DNA from: Mobula hypostoma
Taxonomy: Eukaryota
Length of the DNA stretch: 64,000 bases
Direction: 5' to 3'
NCBI RefSeq assembly: GCF_963921235.1
Contig: NC_086097.1
Span: 241,120,001-241,184,000, forward strand
Made by a program: the position numbers and the translations under genes. The notes under the pieces are model-generated. The model was not told the origin of the DNA. It saw only the letters and a list, made by a program, of their open reading frames with translations, and did not search any database. This document shows, one piece after another, positions 1-13,222 of the stretch (position 1 is the stretch's first letter; each line of letters starts with the position of its first letter).

Positions 1-2262
1 ATTTTGGAGATTGTGATCATATTCTACCTCCTTTACAATAGCGCTGGAGAGAGCTTAGAACAGACAAGTTAGAAAGTTAGTGTATAATTGGAGTAAGGGG
101 AATTATGAGGCTATCAGGCAGGAAATTGGAAGCTTAAATTTGAAAAAGATGTTCTCAGGGAAAAGCACAGAAGAAATGTGGCAAATGTTCAGGGGATATT
201 TGTGTGGAGTTCTGCATAGGTACGTTCCAATGAGACAGGGAAGTTATGGTAGGGTACAGGAACTGTGGTGTACAAAGGGTGTAATAAATCTAGTCAAGAA
301 GAAAAGAAAAGCTTACAAAAGGTTCAGAGAGTGAGGTAATGTTAGAGATCTAGAAGATTATAAGGCTAATGGGAAGGAGCTTAAGAAGGAAATTAGGAGA
401 GTCAGAAGGAAACATGAGAAGGCCTTGGCGGGCAGCATTAAAAAATCCCCAAGGCATTCTACAAGTATGTGAAGAGCAAGAGGATAAGACGTGAAAGAAT
501 AGGACCTAGCAAGTGTGACAGTGGGTAAGTATATATGAAACTGGAGGAAATAGCAGAGGTACTTAATGAATACTTTACTTCAGTATTTACTATGGAAAAG
601 GATCTTGGTGATTGTTGTGATGACTTGCAGCAGACTGAAAAGTTTGAGCATGTAGATATTAAGAAAGAGGATGTGCTGGAGCTTTTGGAAAGCATCAGGT
701 TGGATAAGTCACTGGGACCGGATGAGATGGACCCCAGGCTACGGTGGGAGGTGAGGGAGGAGATTGCTGAGCCTCTGGCGATGGTCTTTGCATCATCAAT
801 GGGGATGGGAGAGGTTCCGGAGGATTTGAGGGTTGTGGATGTTGTTCCCTTATCCAAAAAAGGGAGTAGAGACAGCCCAGGAAATTATAGACCAGTGAGT
901 CTTACTTCAGTGGTTGGTAAGTTGATGGAGAAGATCCTGAGAGGCAGGATTTATGAACATTTGGAGAGGTATAATATGATTAGGGATAGTCAGCATGGCT
1001 TTGTCAAGGGCAGGTAGTGCCTTACAAGCCTGATTGAATTTTTTGAGGATGTGACTAAACAGATTGATGAAGGAAGAGCAGTAGACGTAGTGTATATGGA
1101 TTTCAGCAAGGCATTTGACAAGGTATCTCATGCAAGGCTTATTGAGAAAGTAAGGAGGCATGGGATCCATGGGGACATTGCTTTGCGGATCTAGAACTGG
1201 CTTGCCCACCGAAGGCAAAGAGTGGTTGTAGACGGGTCATATTCTGCATGGAGGTCGGTCACCAGTGGAGTGCCTCAGGGATCTGTTCTGGGACCCTTAC
1301 TCTTCGTGATTTTTATAAATGACCTGGATGAGGAAGTGGAGGGATGGATTAGTAAGTTTGCTGATGACACAAAGGTTGGAGGTGTTGTGGATAGTGTGGA
1401 GGGCTGTCAGAGATTACAGCGGGACATTGATAGTACGAAAATTGGGCTGAGAAGTGGCAGATGGAGTTCAACCCAGATAAGTGTGAAGTGGTTCATTTTG
1501 GTAGGTCAAATATGATGGCAGAATATAGTATTAATGGTAAGACTCTTGGCAGTGTAGAGGATCAGAGGTATCTTGGGGTCCGAGTCCATAGGACATTCAA
1601 AGCGGCTGCGCAGGTTGACTCTGTGGTTAAGGCATACAGTGTATTGACCTTCATCAATCCTGGAATTGAACTTAGGAGCTGAGGGGTAATGTTGCAGCTA
1701 TATAGGTCCCCGGTCAGACCCCACTTGGAGTACTGTGCTCAGTTCTGGTCGCCTCACCACAGGAAGGATGTGGAAACCATAGAAAGGGTGCAGAGGAGAT
1801 TTACAAGGATGTTGCCTGGATTGGGGAGCATGCCTTATGAGAATAGGTTGAGTGAACTCGGCCTTTTCTCCTTGGAACGACGGAGGATGAGAGGTGACCC
1901 GATAGAGGTGTATAAGATGATGAGAGACATTGATCGTGTGGATAGTCAGAGGCTTTTTCCCAGGGCTGAAATGGCTGCCACAAGAGGACACAGGTTTAAG
2001 GTGCTGGGGAGTAGGTACAGAGGAGATGTCAGGGGTAAGTTTTTACTCAGAGAGTGGTGATTGCGTGGAATGGGCTGCCGGTAACGGTGGTGGAGGCGGA
2101 TACGATAGGGTCTTTTAAGAGACTTTTGGATAGGTACATGGAGCTTAGAAAAATAGAGGGCTATAGGTTAGCCTAGTAATTTCTAAGGTAGAGACATGTT
2201 TGGCACAACTTTGTGGGCCGAAGGGCCTGTATTGTGCTGCAGGTTTTCTATGTTCTACGTTC
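1..2262 (+). mobile_element. CR1 LINE, ORF2 (RT) through 3' tail; runs off the window at 5'; disrupted
   Basis: ORF pieces [61 protein letters not shown]; stops and frameshifts; TTCTATG-like tail near 2246-2262. Confidence 0.95.
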
Positions 2263-2794
2263 TAAGAGCCTCAGACTTAAGGGTTGACTTGTTATTCCTC
2301 TCCATAGCTGCCACTTGACCTGCAGAGTTCCTCCAGTATATTGTATCTTGGCACCTGTAAACATTTTCACCTGCTTGCGTAGAATATTTATCATGGATGG
2401 ACTGGAGAATCAGCAGACTCACTCTCAATCGGGAGAAGAGTAAGCGATTGCTCGTGCAGTGGCCTCCAACAACTGTACCCTCTGTCTTGATGTTTCGATC
2501 TCCCGCAATGCTTCAGTCGGCGACATTGGCGAGGAACCAGGTTGTCCACAGAGCTGCAGAGCTGCCCCCCGAAGGTGTGTGTCTTCCAAGCTGCTCCTGA
2601 AGATCCCAAAGAGCAGGCCGCTTGGCGAGTTCCAAAGAGCGAGAACCCACCGTCCGTGAAGACTGTAGTTTGAGTGAAGCTGTAGATCATGGACTCGGAC
2701 AGGACCTCAGTCACCTTGAAAAGGAGAAAAGAGATGTGGAGACAGGAGATTTAAACTGTTTTGAGGATTAACTTGAAGAAGTCGCCCAGGTCCG

Positions 2795-3090
2795 TTATCT
2801 TTAGCTCCAAGTCACTTCTCAGTCAGGAGTTGATATGCTTCATCTCAAAACACTTCATCCAAATGGATGTAAATACTGCTGGACGATATTTATTGAGGTA
2901 GGTTACCACATTCTTCTTGGGCACTGGAAGAATTGAACCCTGCTTGAAGCAGATGGGTACCTCAGACTATTGGAAAACACTCCAGCTAGTTGATTAGTCC
3001 GGTCTTCGGTACTTGGCCAGGTACACCGACTGGGCCAGATGCTTTCCATGGGTACACTTCCTGAAGGATGCTCTCACAACTATCTCCAAA
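2795..3090 (-). mobile_element. Rex/Babar LINE RT fragment
   Basis: Minus strand reads VPICFKQGSILPVPKKNVVTYLNKYRP, matching the N-terminal RT region of the 61.2-63.2 kb Rex element. Confidence 0.6.
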
Positions 3091-4812
3091 ACCTCATCAA
3101 AAGAAAACAAAGGAGCCCGGGATGTGTGTGCACTTGGTTTTGTTTCTTTAGTGAGGTGCTCAAATATGCCATTGTAGCGTAATGAGTATGTCATTCACGT
3201 ACTTCTTACATATAACCCAAAATGAATTATGTAAACAAAGAAAGAATGTCTAATCAAACAATAATTTTACAGTATTCCTCAAATATTACTGAAATATTAA
3301 ACACACAACACTCTTCCCTGCTGAGCTAGAAACTCCAACTCAATATAGAATGTAGGCCTAAAGATTTAATCACTGTGGAGGATGTCTTTCTCTGGTGGGA
3401 TAGCATCTTTCCTGACCACGGGTGGTGGGGTTGTCTCTCTGCTTGGCAGGTGAGACTTGTGGCTGTGAAGCAATCTCAGGTCCTGGCGCCTCCTCTGTGG
3501 TGGTTGTAGGGGTTAACTCTGAGACTGCAGGAAGTGGCTCTGACAGATCCAGACACCTTTCTTCTTTAATGATTGAATCCTCTCTCCTCATCGTGTCATC
3601 TCCAGATGACATCAGATGCAATCTCCATTGCGTATGTGGATGTGTTGGCATCCTGAACAGTGCAGGCAAGCTGCTCGATCTGCTGATCTATCCCAGGCCA
3701 CCAGACAGAGTTTTGAGCCAATACTTTCATTTTGAACATGCCTAGATGACCTGCATGTAGCTCCTCCAATGCTGTCCGTAATCTTTCGAAGGACCTACTT
3801 TTGAACACCTCTGCAATACCTCACCAGGACTGCTTACCCAGGAGTGAAACATCAAACCTCCTGGTTTGAGGAGCCCTCAGTTTGTCTCAGATGTTTGTGC
3901 TGCATACTCCTTCTGAGATTGGCTTTGCGGAGATCCAAGCGTGAACGCAAGGGACAACCCAGGGATTGCTTTGCTGGTGAGTTGTTGGCTGTGGAGGGCG
4001 CTGCACTGAGGTATGCAAAGAGGAAATGTGAGGGCATCTGATTCTGTGTCAGTGCAGTGTATTCTGCTGGCATTGCTCACAGTGTGTTCCCTAGATTCTG
4101 GACAAACCTTTCCACCAACCCATTTGCAGCTGGGTGGGATGGCGTAGATGTAATATATGATTCTATACCATTCATTTTCAGGAATGACTGAAACTGTTCC
4201 ACAACAAACTGTGGTCCATTGTCACTGGCTAAGTGTTCTAGAACATTCCTTGAGAAGAGGATTCTCAGCATATCAGAAGTATGCAAGGCTGTAGTGGAAA
4301 CATTTGGAAATGCTTTTGCCCACTTTGTAACTGTATCCATCACTACCAAGAAATTTGTGCCCGTGAATGATCTGGCAAAATCCACATGAATCCTCTGCAA
4401 GGGCAATACGGGCCATTCTCAAGACTGGAGAGGTGCTGCTCTTGGCATCTTCTGGATGTGTTGGCATCCCGAACAGTGCAGGCAAGCTGCTCGATCTGCT
4501 GATCTATCCCAGGCCACCAGACAGAGTTTTGAGCCAATGCTTTCATTTTGAACATGCCTAGATGACCTGCATGTAGCTCCTCCAATACTTTACTTCTCAG
4601 CTTGGGTGGTACAACAACTCTCAATCCCTACATAAAGCAACCCTTGTCAACTGCAAGTTAATCCTGGCACTGGTAAAAATAGGGGAACTGGGATTTCTGC
4701 TGCATATTCCAGCCATTTCAGGTGGCCATGTTGACCTGAGACAAAATGGCGTCTTTTCTGGTTTTCCTTTGAATCATCTCTGCCGCGCTAAGGAGATATT
4801 TTGATTTCCATT

Positions 4813-5045
4813 ACTTCATACTTTATACTTTATTGTCGCCAAACAATTGGTACCAGAACGTACAATCATCACAGCGATATTTGATTCTGCGCTTCCCACT
4901 CCCTGGATTACAAATATTAAATAATAAAAATATTAAAAACAGTAAAAATTAGTAAATATTAAAATTTTAAATTATAAATCATAAATAGAAAATAGAAAAA
5001 TTGAAAGTAAGGTAGTGCAAAAAAACCAAGAGGCAGGTCCGGTTA
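4813..5045 (-). mobile_element. Rex/Babar LINE 3' end inserted in Gypsy pol
   Basis: 3' UTR near-identical to that of 29852-30773, with TAAAGTA-type tail. Confidence 0.85.
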
Positions 5046-5878
5046 TTATAAGGATAATACGTTGAGGAGAGTGTTCTCTTCTGTAAGTTTTTTAGGTAGT
5101 CCCTTTTCTCAAGGGTAAATGAGACAATTCATCAGCATTTCCATGATTAGTTGTCCCCTTGATTTTGATCTTGTACTTGTATCCTCCACGAAACGGATCC
5201 CATCTCTGTATTCGTGCTGCTGCTGTTAGTGGAACGCCCTTCAGTGGATTGAAAATGGACACCAGTGATGATGAGGGTAAACTCTCTCATGTACAAATGC
5301 TGTCTGAAACACTTTACATCCAAACCAAACTCAAGGCCTCTCTGTCAATCTGTGTGTAATTTTTCTCTGTAGCGGTAAGGGAACGCGATGTAAAGATTAT
5401 GGGGTGCTCACTTCCATCTCTCATAACACATGACATGACTGCACCTATACAGTCACAAACAAGCTTCCCTGGATGATATGGATCATAACGTGCAAGTACA
5501 GTGTCTGACGTCACCATTTCCTTTGTCTTTTGGAAAGCCACTTCACACTGCTTTGTCAATTGCCATTTCTTCCCAATCTATAGTAATGAGTTCAAGGGAT
5601 GAAGCATCGTAGCCAGTGATGGCAGGAACTTGTGATAGCAATTAACAAATCGCAAAAAAAAACCTGCGATTGCAACACATCATTTAGCTTTGGGGCATCA
5701 ACTACTGCTTGAATTTTCTCTGCACACTGGTGTAATATTTATGCATCAAAGGTGAGACTACAGAAATGATGCCTGCTTTAAAGAATTCACACTTCCTGTA
5801 TTTTGCTCTGAGCCCAGAATCTTCTAATCTTTTTAACGCTGTGTTTAGATTTTGAAGACGTTCCTTGTCATCCAGGTA

Positions 5879-6393
5879 CTTTTATACTTTATACTTTATT
5901 GTCATCAAACAATTGATACTAGAACGTACAATCATCACAGCAATATTTGATTCTGAGCTTCCTGCTCCCTGGAGTACAAATCAATAGTAAATATTAAAAA
6001 TTGAAATTGTAAATCATAAATAGAAAATAGAAAAGGGAAAGTAAGGTAGTGCAAAAAAAACGAGAGGCAGGTCTGGACATTTGGAGGGTACGGCCCAGAT
6101 CCGGGTCAGGATCCGTTCAGCAGTCTCATCACAGTTGGAAAGAAGCTGTTCCCAAATCTGGCCGTACGAGTCTTCAAGCTCCTGAGCCTTCTCCCGGAGG
6201 GAAGAGGGATGAAAAGTGTGTTGGCTGGGTGGGTCGTGTCCTTGATTATCCTGGCAGCACTGCTCCGACAGCGTGGGGTGTAAAGTGAGTCCAAGGACGG
6301 AAGATTGGTTTGTGATGATGTGCTGCGCTGTGTTCATGATCTTTTGCATGCAGCTTCTTCCGGTCTTGGACAGGACAACTTCTATACCAGGTT
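5879..6393 (-). mobile_element. Rex/Babar LINE 3' fragment inserted in the Gypsy RT YLDD codons
   Basis: LFIPLPSGRRLRSLKTRTARFGNSFFP C-terminus; the flanks rejoin as TGT TAC CTG GAT GAC (CYLDD). Confidence 0.9.
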
Positions 6394-7549
6394 GTAACAC
6401 TGAGTGTCCGGTCAGCTTTGCAGCACATGGTCCATAACTTTCTGCCAGACTGCAGCTGCAGGTGCTACTCCATTAATAAGCCTGTTGTAGTGATAAAGCC
6501 CTTTGTGAGTGTTGATGGTGAGAAACATTTTGGACTCTTCTTCAATCACCATCTGTACACCATCTGTAGGTAGACCTCAGCTAAATTCACTTTGCTGAAG
6601 TATTTTCCTCCAGAAAGGTTTGCAAAGATATCCTCTTTATTGGACAGAGAGTATTAATCTACTTTCAGTCCCGGGTTGACGGTGACCTTTCTTTAAGATT
6701 CCACAAACTAAAAAAATCGCTCAGTGCGTTATTAAGCCTGTAACTAAATTGACAATGCTCAGACAATTTCTTCAATTCAGCCACTTAAGCTAAAATGGAA
6801 TTCCCTTTATCTATATTTAACTTATGAAACCTAAAATGTTCAGCAATCAACAATGGTTTCAGTTCTAAATGTTCCTGCATTATGTCCTTGATATCAGCAA
6901 AGCTCATTTTGGCTGGTTTGGTTGAAGCAGTCAAACCTCTAAGCAAACTGTATGCTACCCCACCCCCCCAATTACATTCAATAACATTGCCACTCGCTTT
7001 ACATTGTCTATTTTATTTGCTTCAAAATACGGCTCAATTCATTCAGTATATATCATCCAGTTATCCGTTGTGCAATCGAGCATGTCTATATTTCTGAAGT
7101 AGCCAGCCATTTCTGCTTTTTTTAAATTTTGTTACTATTGTCACCCTTGTACTCACTGTTTATGAACCCATGAGTTTTGTCCTTATTCTGCTTTTTTAAC
7201 TTGACCATCTCTCCCTTTCCAAAAAAAAAAACATGTGCTTCACTTTTATTTAACTCAAACATCTTGCTGTGCTTCAAAAGGTATTTGTCTTGGGTTCATT
7301 TTAAAACCACCTCATCACCACTGTTATGTTTTGTAACTCCAGAAATGATTCAAAAAAGAATCTCAGGAGCCTGGGATGCATGTGTACTTAGTGTCTTTTC
7401 TTTAGGATATGGTGGTGCAATGACGCATGCCATTCACATACTTTTACATATAACCTGTAATGAATTATGTAAACAAACAAATAATGCTTAATCAAACAAC
7501 ATAATTATAATATTACTCAAATATTACTGAAATATTAAATAGACTGAAA

Positions 7550-8110
7550 CTTCAATCTCAGAGACTGAGATCATAGGTCTGATGAGAGCGGGGGGAGTTT
7601 GTGAAGGTGGCTCCATGTTCTGTTGATCAAAATGAGTTGAAAATGCATTGAGCTCATCTGGGAGTGAAACCTTGTTGTGACATGTTGTCTGGTTTCACTT
7701 AGTAGGAGGTGATAGCATTCAAGCCCTGCCACAGCTCTCAGGCATCCCTCATTGATTCAAGCTGGGTCTGAGATTGCCACTTCGCATGTGAGATAGCTTT
7801 CTGGACATTGTACCTGAATCTTTTGTACTTTCCTTGCTTGCCAGACCTGAATGCCACATCTAGCCCTCAGCAGTTTGCAGATCTCTTGGTTCATCCAGGG
7901 CTTCTGGTAGAAGAAGACTCTGAATGATTTTATGGTAGCACACATTTGTCCACCAGTGGTCAGTCGGAATGCTCTCCATAGTACATCTGTAGAAGTTCTG
8001 GTTGAGTCTTTGGTGACGTAGAAAAGCTCTTCAAACTCCTGTTGAAATATAGCTGCTGATGTGCCTTCTTTGTAATTGCAACAGTATGTTGGGCACAGAG
8101 TAGATCTGTA
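7550..8110 (-). mobile_element. Rex/Babar LINE fragments
   Basis: QKPWMNQEICKLLRAR and KKAHQQLYF motifs on the minus strand. Confidence 0.75.
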
Positions 8111-9024
8111 GAGATGCTGATTTTATTTAAAATACCACACTTTGTATACAATGAAATATGATCATCAACTTTTAGGTCCATTTTGGGGGGGGGGGGTGGA
8201 TATAGGGAAATTTCTACTGTTTTTCCATGTGATTTTAAGTGTTAGATAGAGGGATTAATTAAATATTTCAGCCAAACATCTGCATTTCTGTCCTGCAACT
8301 CCACTGAAATGTCAGCCTTTATGTCAGTTCCCTCTGGTCCTAGATGCACACACTATAGGAAACATCCTCCCCACATCCACTGATAGCTCACACAAGACTC
8401 TTTACTAGTTCTTTTATGCTTTCCAGAAATCTTGGATAAGCATCATAATTTCCTCTCTGTGTTTCAGTATACACTTCCATCCTCTAATAAGAATCTATGG
8501 ATCTGTTTACTTGGACTCAGTGCATAATCATTGTTTGCATGTTTTGCTGCTATGAATGTTAAATTGTGTAATCAATGCACACACACACTTCCGTTTATAA
8601 ACTTGATATAAGTTTGAAGTTTATTTCAGTTTAGTTTAGTTTAGGTGACTGTGATCAAAGATAATCATATTACATGACAAACAAAATTATGATTATTTTG
8701 TTATAGATTATAACTGAGCGTAGATCACTTGTGGGATTACATACAGAATCTGGAGTGTATGTTTTATCAGAGTTCATCCATCAACAACACACAGCAAAAT
8801 TACTGAAGCAATATATATAAATTATAATGACAGCAAAGCTTGTAGGAGTTTTACACCTCTGAAAGGCTTGCACCTCACCAGCATAATGAGTGCAATTAAT
8901 TTTCCTGTCTACACTGCTTTAAGGCCCTCATGTTTCGTTATCAATGATCAAATGATTGTCTTCACTTCTCTCTCATGCAACTTTCTTTCTCAGCTATTTG
9001 TATAATTGTTAAAACTACTTACTG

Positions 9025-9865
9025 TCATAGAGCACTACAGCTCAGAAACAAGCCTTTCAGCCCATCTATTCTGTGCTGAACTATTATTCTGCCTAGTCTG
9101 CTCAATCTACACTTGCACCATATCCCTCCATACCTCTCCATGTACTTATCCAAACTTCACATAAATATTATAATCGAACCCACATCCACCACTTCAACTG
9201 GCAACTCATTTCACACTCGTACCACTCTCTGAGTGAAAAATCGCTCCCTCAGGTTCCCCTTAACTATTTCACCTTGCACTCATAACCTATGACCTCTTAA
9301 TTCCAGTCTCACCCAACTTCAGTGCAAAAAGCCTGCTTATCTATATCCTTCATAATATTGTACATCTTTATCAAATCTCAGTCAGAACTTAGTGAACTCA
9401 GTCAGCTCCATCATGGATACCAGCTTCCCCTAGCATCCAGGACACCGTAAGAAGCGATGCCTCAAAAAGGTGGCATTCATCGTTAAGGACCCCAATCACC
9501 CAGGACTTGCCCCCTTCTCACGGCTGTCATCAAGAGAAGGTACAGAAGCCGAAGCCTACACCCTCAATGATTCAGGAACAACCTCTTCCCCGCTGCCGTC
9601 AGATTTCTGAATGGACATTGAACCCATGAACTCTATCTCAATACTGTTACTTTTTTCCCCTTTTTGCACCACTTACTTAATTTAACTTTAAAAATATATA
9701 TATATGTACACTTCTTACTGTAACTTAGTGTTTATTATGTATGGCAATGTACTGCTGCCACATAACAAGAAATTTCACAACATATGCCAGTGATATTAAA
9801 CCTGATTCTGAATCCCCTCACTCTACTGTGCCCCAGAGAGTAAAATCCTTATCTATTCAATCTTC
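9025..9865 (-). mobile_element. CR1 3' fragment interrupted by a + strand Rex fragment (~9381-9810)
   Basis: CR1 3' ORF2/UTR sequence on either side; Rex segment with KDP.HPG motif and CTGATT tail. Confidence 0.75.
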
Positions 9866-10446
9866 ATTAGGAGTTTGAAGAAGTTTGGTATGTCAACAAA
9901 AACACTCAAAAACTTCTATAGTTGTACCATGGAGAGCTTTCTGACAGGCTGCATCACTGTCTGATATGTTGGGGAGGGGGGTGGGCGGCTACCGCACAGG
10001 ACTGAAAGAAGCTATAGAAGGTTGTAAATCTAGTCAGCTCCATCTTGGGTACTAGCCTACAAAGTACCCAGGATATCTTCAAGGAGCGATGTCTCAGAAA
10101 GGCAGCTTCCATTATCAAGGACCCCCAGTACCCAGGGCATGCCCTTTTCTCACTGCTACCACTAGGTAGGAGGTACAGAATCCTGAAAGCACACTCAGCG
10201 ATTCAAGAACAGCTTCTTCCCCTCTGCCATCTGATTCCGAATTGGATATTGAACCCGTGTACATTATCTTTTTAATATATATAATTTCTGTTTTTGCATG
10301 GTTTTTAATCTATTCAATATACGTATAATGTAATTGATTGATTTATTTATTTCTTCTTCTTCTATATTATGTGTTGCATTGAACTGCTGCTGCTAAGTTA
10401 ACAAATTTCACGACTGATGCCAGTGATAATAAACCTGATTCTGATT
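9865..10446 (+). mobile_element. Rex/Babar LINE 3' fragment
   Basis: CLRKAASIIKDPQYPGHALFSLLPLGRRYR; AATAAA followed by CTGATT repeats. Confidence 0.85.
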
Positions 10447-10854
10447 CATATATTGACTCCATCCCACAAAGTTCCTTTTTGGGAATTTCCATAGGGATTC
10501 TCCTGATCCATAGTGGTACATTGTTTGGGAGAATGTAGGAATTTATATTGGCAGTACCTCCTTACAAACAGCTTTTGACACCAGATCTCCAGAGTTCCAT
10601 TGACCTTTTGTTGGCCAATGACAGGAAATCGGGTGAGGCTTACACGATCAAATACCTTCATCCACTACTACTCCAACTTCTTCTCCCTCAGCTTTTCATC
10701 AAAGGCATCCCACTAAAGATTAAAGATCAGCTCTATTTCTCACATGTACATTGAAAAATCCAGTGAAATGCATCATTTTGCATCAACACAGTTTGAGAAT
10801 TGTGCTGGTGGCAGTTTGCTTCTGGCACCAACATAGCATGTCCACAGAGTCCTT

Positions 10855-11540
10855 ATGCAGAACACCCTAAAGGCTAACTTGCAGGTAGAATCAGTGGTGA
10901 GGAAGGCAAGTGCAATGTTAGCATTCGTTTCAAGAGGTCCAGAATGCGAGAGCAGGGATGTGATGCTGAGGCTTTATAAGGCACTGGTGAGGCCTCACTT
11001 TGAGTATTGTGAACAGTTTTGGGGTCCTCATCTCAGAAAGGGTGTGCTGGCATTGGAGAGGGTCCAGAGGAGGTTCACAAAGATGATTTCAGGAAAGGGT
11101 TATCATTGGAGGAATGTTTGATGGCTCTAGGTCTGTACTTGCTGGAACTTAGAAGGATGAGGGGCGATCTCATTGAAACCTTTTGAATGTTGAAAGGCCT
11201 AGACAGAGTAGATGTGGAAAGGATGTTTCCTGTGGTGGGGAACAGCCTCAGGATAGAGGGACGTCCATTTAACACAGAGATGTGGATAAATTTCTTTAGC
11301 CAGAGGGTGGTGAATTTGTGGAGTTTGTTACCACAGGCAGCTGTGGAGGCCAGATTGTTGGGTATGCTTAAGGCAGAGATTGATGGGTTTTTGCTTGGAC
11401 ACAACATCAAAAAGTTACGGGGAGAAGGCCAAGGAGTGAGGTTGAAGAGGGGAAAGAAAGGATCAGCCATGATTGAATGGAGGAGCAGACTCATTGGGCC
11501 AAATGACCTAATTCTGCTCCTGTGTCTTATGGTCTTATGG
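10855..11540 (+). mobile_element. CR1 LINE 3' fragment
   Basis: LYKALVRPHFEYCEQFW, NFFSQRVVNLW. Confidence 0.9.
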
Positions 11541-11544
11541 GCTA

Positions 11545-11720
11545 ACTTGCTAACCTGTGTGTCTTTGGAATGTGGGGGGAAACTGGAGCACCCAGAGAAA
11601 GCCAATGTGGTCACGGAGAGAATATACAAAATCCTTACAGGCAGCAGCAGGAATTGAACACCAGTTGGTAATTGTTGATACTGTAAAGCGATTGTGTTAA
11701 CCATTACACTACTATGCTAC
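11545..11720 (-). mobile_element. tRNA-derived V-SINE/HE1-like SINE
   Basis: B-box-like GGTGTTCAATTCC and V-domain-like GGGTGCTCCAGTTTCCCCCCACATTCCAAAGAC on minus; related copies near 14620-14850 (+), 23690-23850 (-), 42430-42610 (-), 54650-54830 (-). Confidence 0.7.
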
Positions 11721-12102
11721 CCTGTACACTACAGTATCAACCTGTTCATCTTCCTTGCTATCACTATCACTGTTTATCAGTCTGTACTCACAGAACTACT
11801 TTCTCAAGGCATACTGTGGCACTGCAGTTTCACAGGATGCTTGTGAAACGATAACTCCTTTGCTAATTTCTCATGCATACCAAACCTGTGAAAAGGAATC
11901 TGTCGCAAACCAGAGCTAAGTAATATTCTCAACCACAGAACTTGTATTCAAGTGGAAGTTCAATTTCATGTGTGAGCACAAGGATTTTCTAACATTAAGG
12001 TTATTATTTGTTTTGTGAATAAATGAAACATTAACTTATACACTCCTGCCCTGTGGTGCATTGGGTGACAACTTTGCCATTTCTTTAACATTTGTCTGAT
12101 TT

Positions 12103-12510
12103 TAGAACATAGAACATAGAACATAGAATAGTACAGCACAGTACAGGCCCTTCGGCCCACAATGTTGTACCGACCCTCAAATCCTGCCTCCCATATAAGC
12201 CCCCACCTTAGATTCCTCCATATACCTGTCTAGTAGTCTCTTAAACTTCACTAGTGTATCTGCCTCCACCACTGACTCAGGCAGTGCATTCCACGCACCA
12301 ACCACCCTCTAAGTAAAAAACCTTCCTCTAATATCCCCCTTGAACTTCCCACCCCTTACCTTAAAGCCGTGTCCTCTTGTATTGAGCAGTGGTGCCCTGG
12401 GGAAGAGGCGCTGGCTATCCACTCTATCTATTCCTCTATTATCTTGTACACCTCTATCATGTCTTCTCTCATCCTCCTTCTCTCCAAAGAGTAAAGCCCT
12501 AGCTCCCTAG
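12103..12510 (-). mobile_element. CR1 LINE 3' end
   Basis: (TAGAACA)n tail at 12103-12127 followed by ORF2 C-terminus. Confidence 0.9.
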
Positions 12511-12619
12511 CTCTTTTTACAAGGACAAAATGCTAGCTTCATGCTCAAACCAGCACAAATAGAAATCGTGCAAGCAGCCAGTCAGATTCAAACCACTCGC
12601 CATGAGTTCCAGTGCAGAT

Positions 12620-13222
12620 GCCACTTTATTATGTACCTCCAATATGACTTGGTCTTCTGCTGTGTAGCCCGTCCACTCAAGGTTCCACGTGTTGTGCGTT
12701 CAGAGATGCCCTTCTGCGCACCATTGTTTTAACGTGTGGTTATTTGAGTTACTGTTGCCTTCCTGTCAGCTTGAAACATTCTAGACATTTTCCTCTGACT
12801 TCTCCCATTAGCGAGGTGTTTTTACTAACAGAACTCCCGCCCGCTGGATGTATTTTGTTTGTCGCTCCATTCTCTGTAACTCTAGAGCAAGCATTCGCAA
12901 CCTTTTTTATTCCATGGGCCAATGCCATCAAGCAAGGCGTCTGTGGATTTCAGGTTGGGGACCCTGCTCCAGAGACAGTTATGCGTGAAAATTCTGGATC
13001 AGTTGTTTATGAGATACTCAAACCTCCCTGTTTGGCGCCAACAATCATTCCACAGTCAAAGTCAATTAAATGACATTTCTTCCCCATTATAACATTTATA
13101 CAATAACTGAACCTTTCAACCGTGCTCTTCTGCATTGAGTTGTTGCCACATGATTGGCTGTTTGGATATTTGTATTAACAAGCAGGTGTACAGGTGCACC
13201 TCACAAAGTGGCCGCTTAGTGT
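12620..13222. mobile_element. Tc1-like non-autonomous DNA transposon
   Basis: TIR-like ends CCACTTTATTATGTACC and GTGCACCTCACAAAGTGGCCGCTTAGTG-TA. Confidence 0.65.
12888..12966. mobile_element. 79-bp hAT/Charlie-type MITE
   Basis: Imperfect TIRs CAAGCATTCGCAACC / GGTTGGGGACCCTG; 8-bp TSD CTCTAGAG / CTCCAGAG. Confidence 0.75.

Larger units (their letters stand above)
3100..7545 (-). mobile_element. Gypsy/Ty3 LTR retrotransposon with two short LTRs, internally deleted and decayed
   Basis: LTRs ~7322-7545 and ~3100-3310 share TTACTCAAATATTACTGAAATATTAAA; PBS-like TGGTGATGAGG at 7310-7320 (-); polypurine tract at 3311-3319 (-); RT (CYLDD), RNase H (SRSLTATEKNYTQIDREAL), integrase (LHAGHLG, RIHVDFA, SDNGPQF, NGLVERF). 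Confidence 0.9.
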
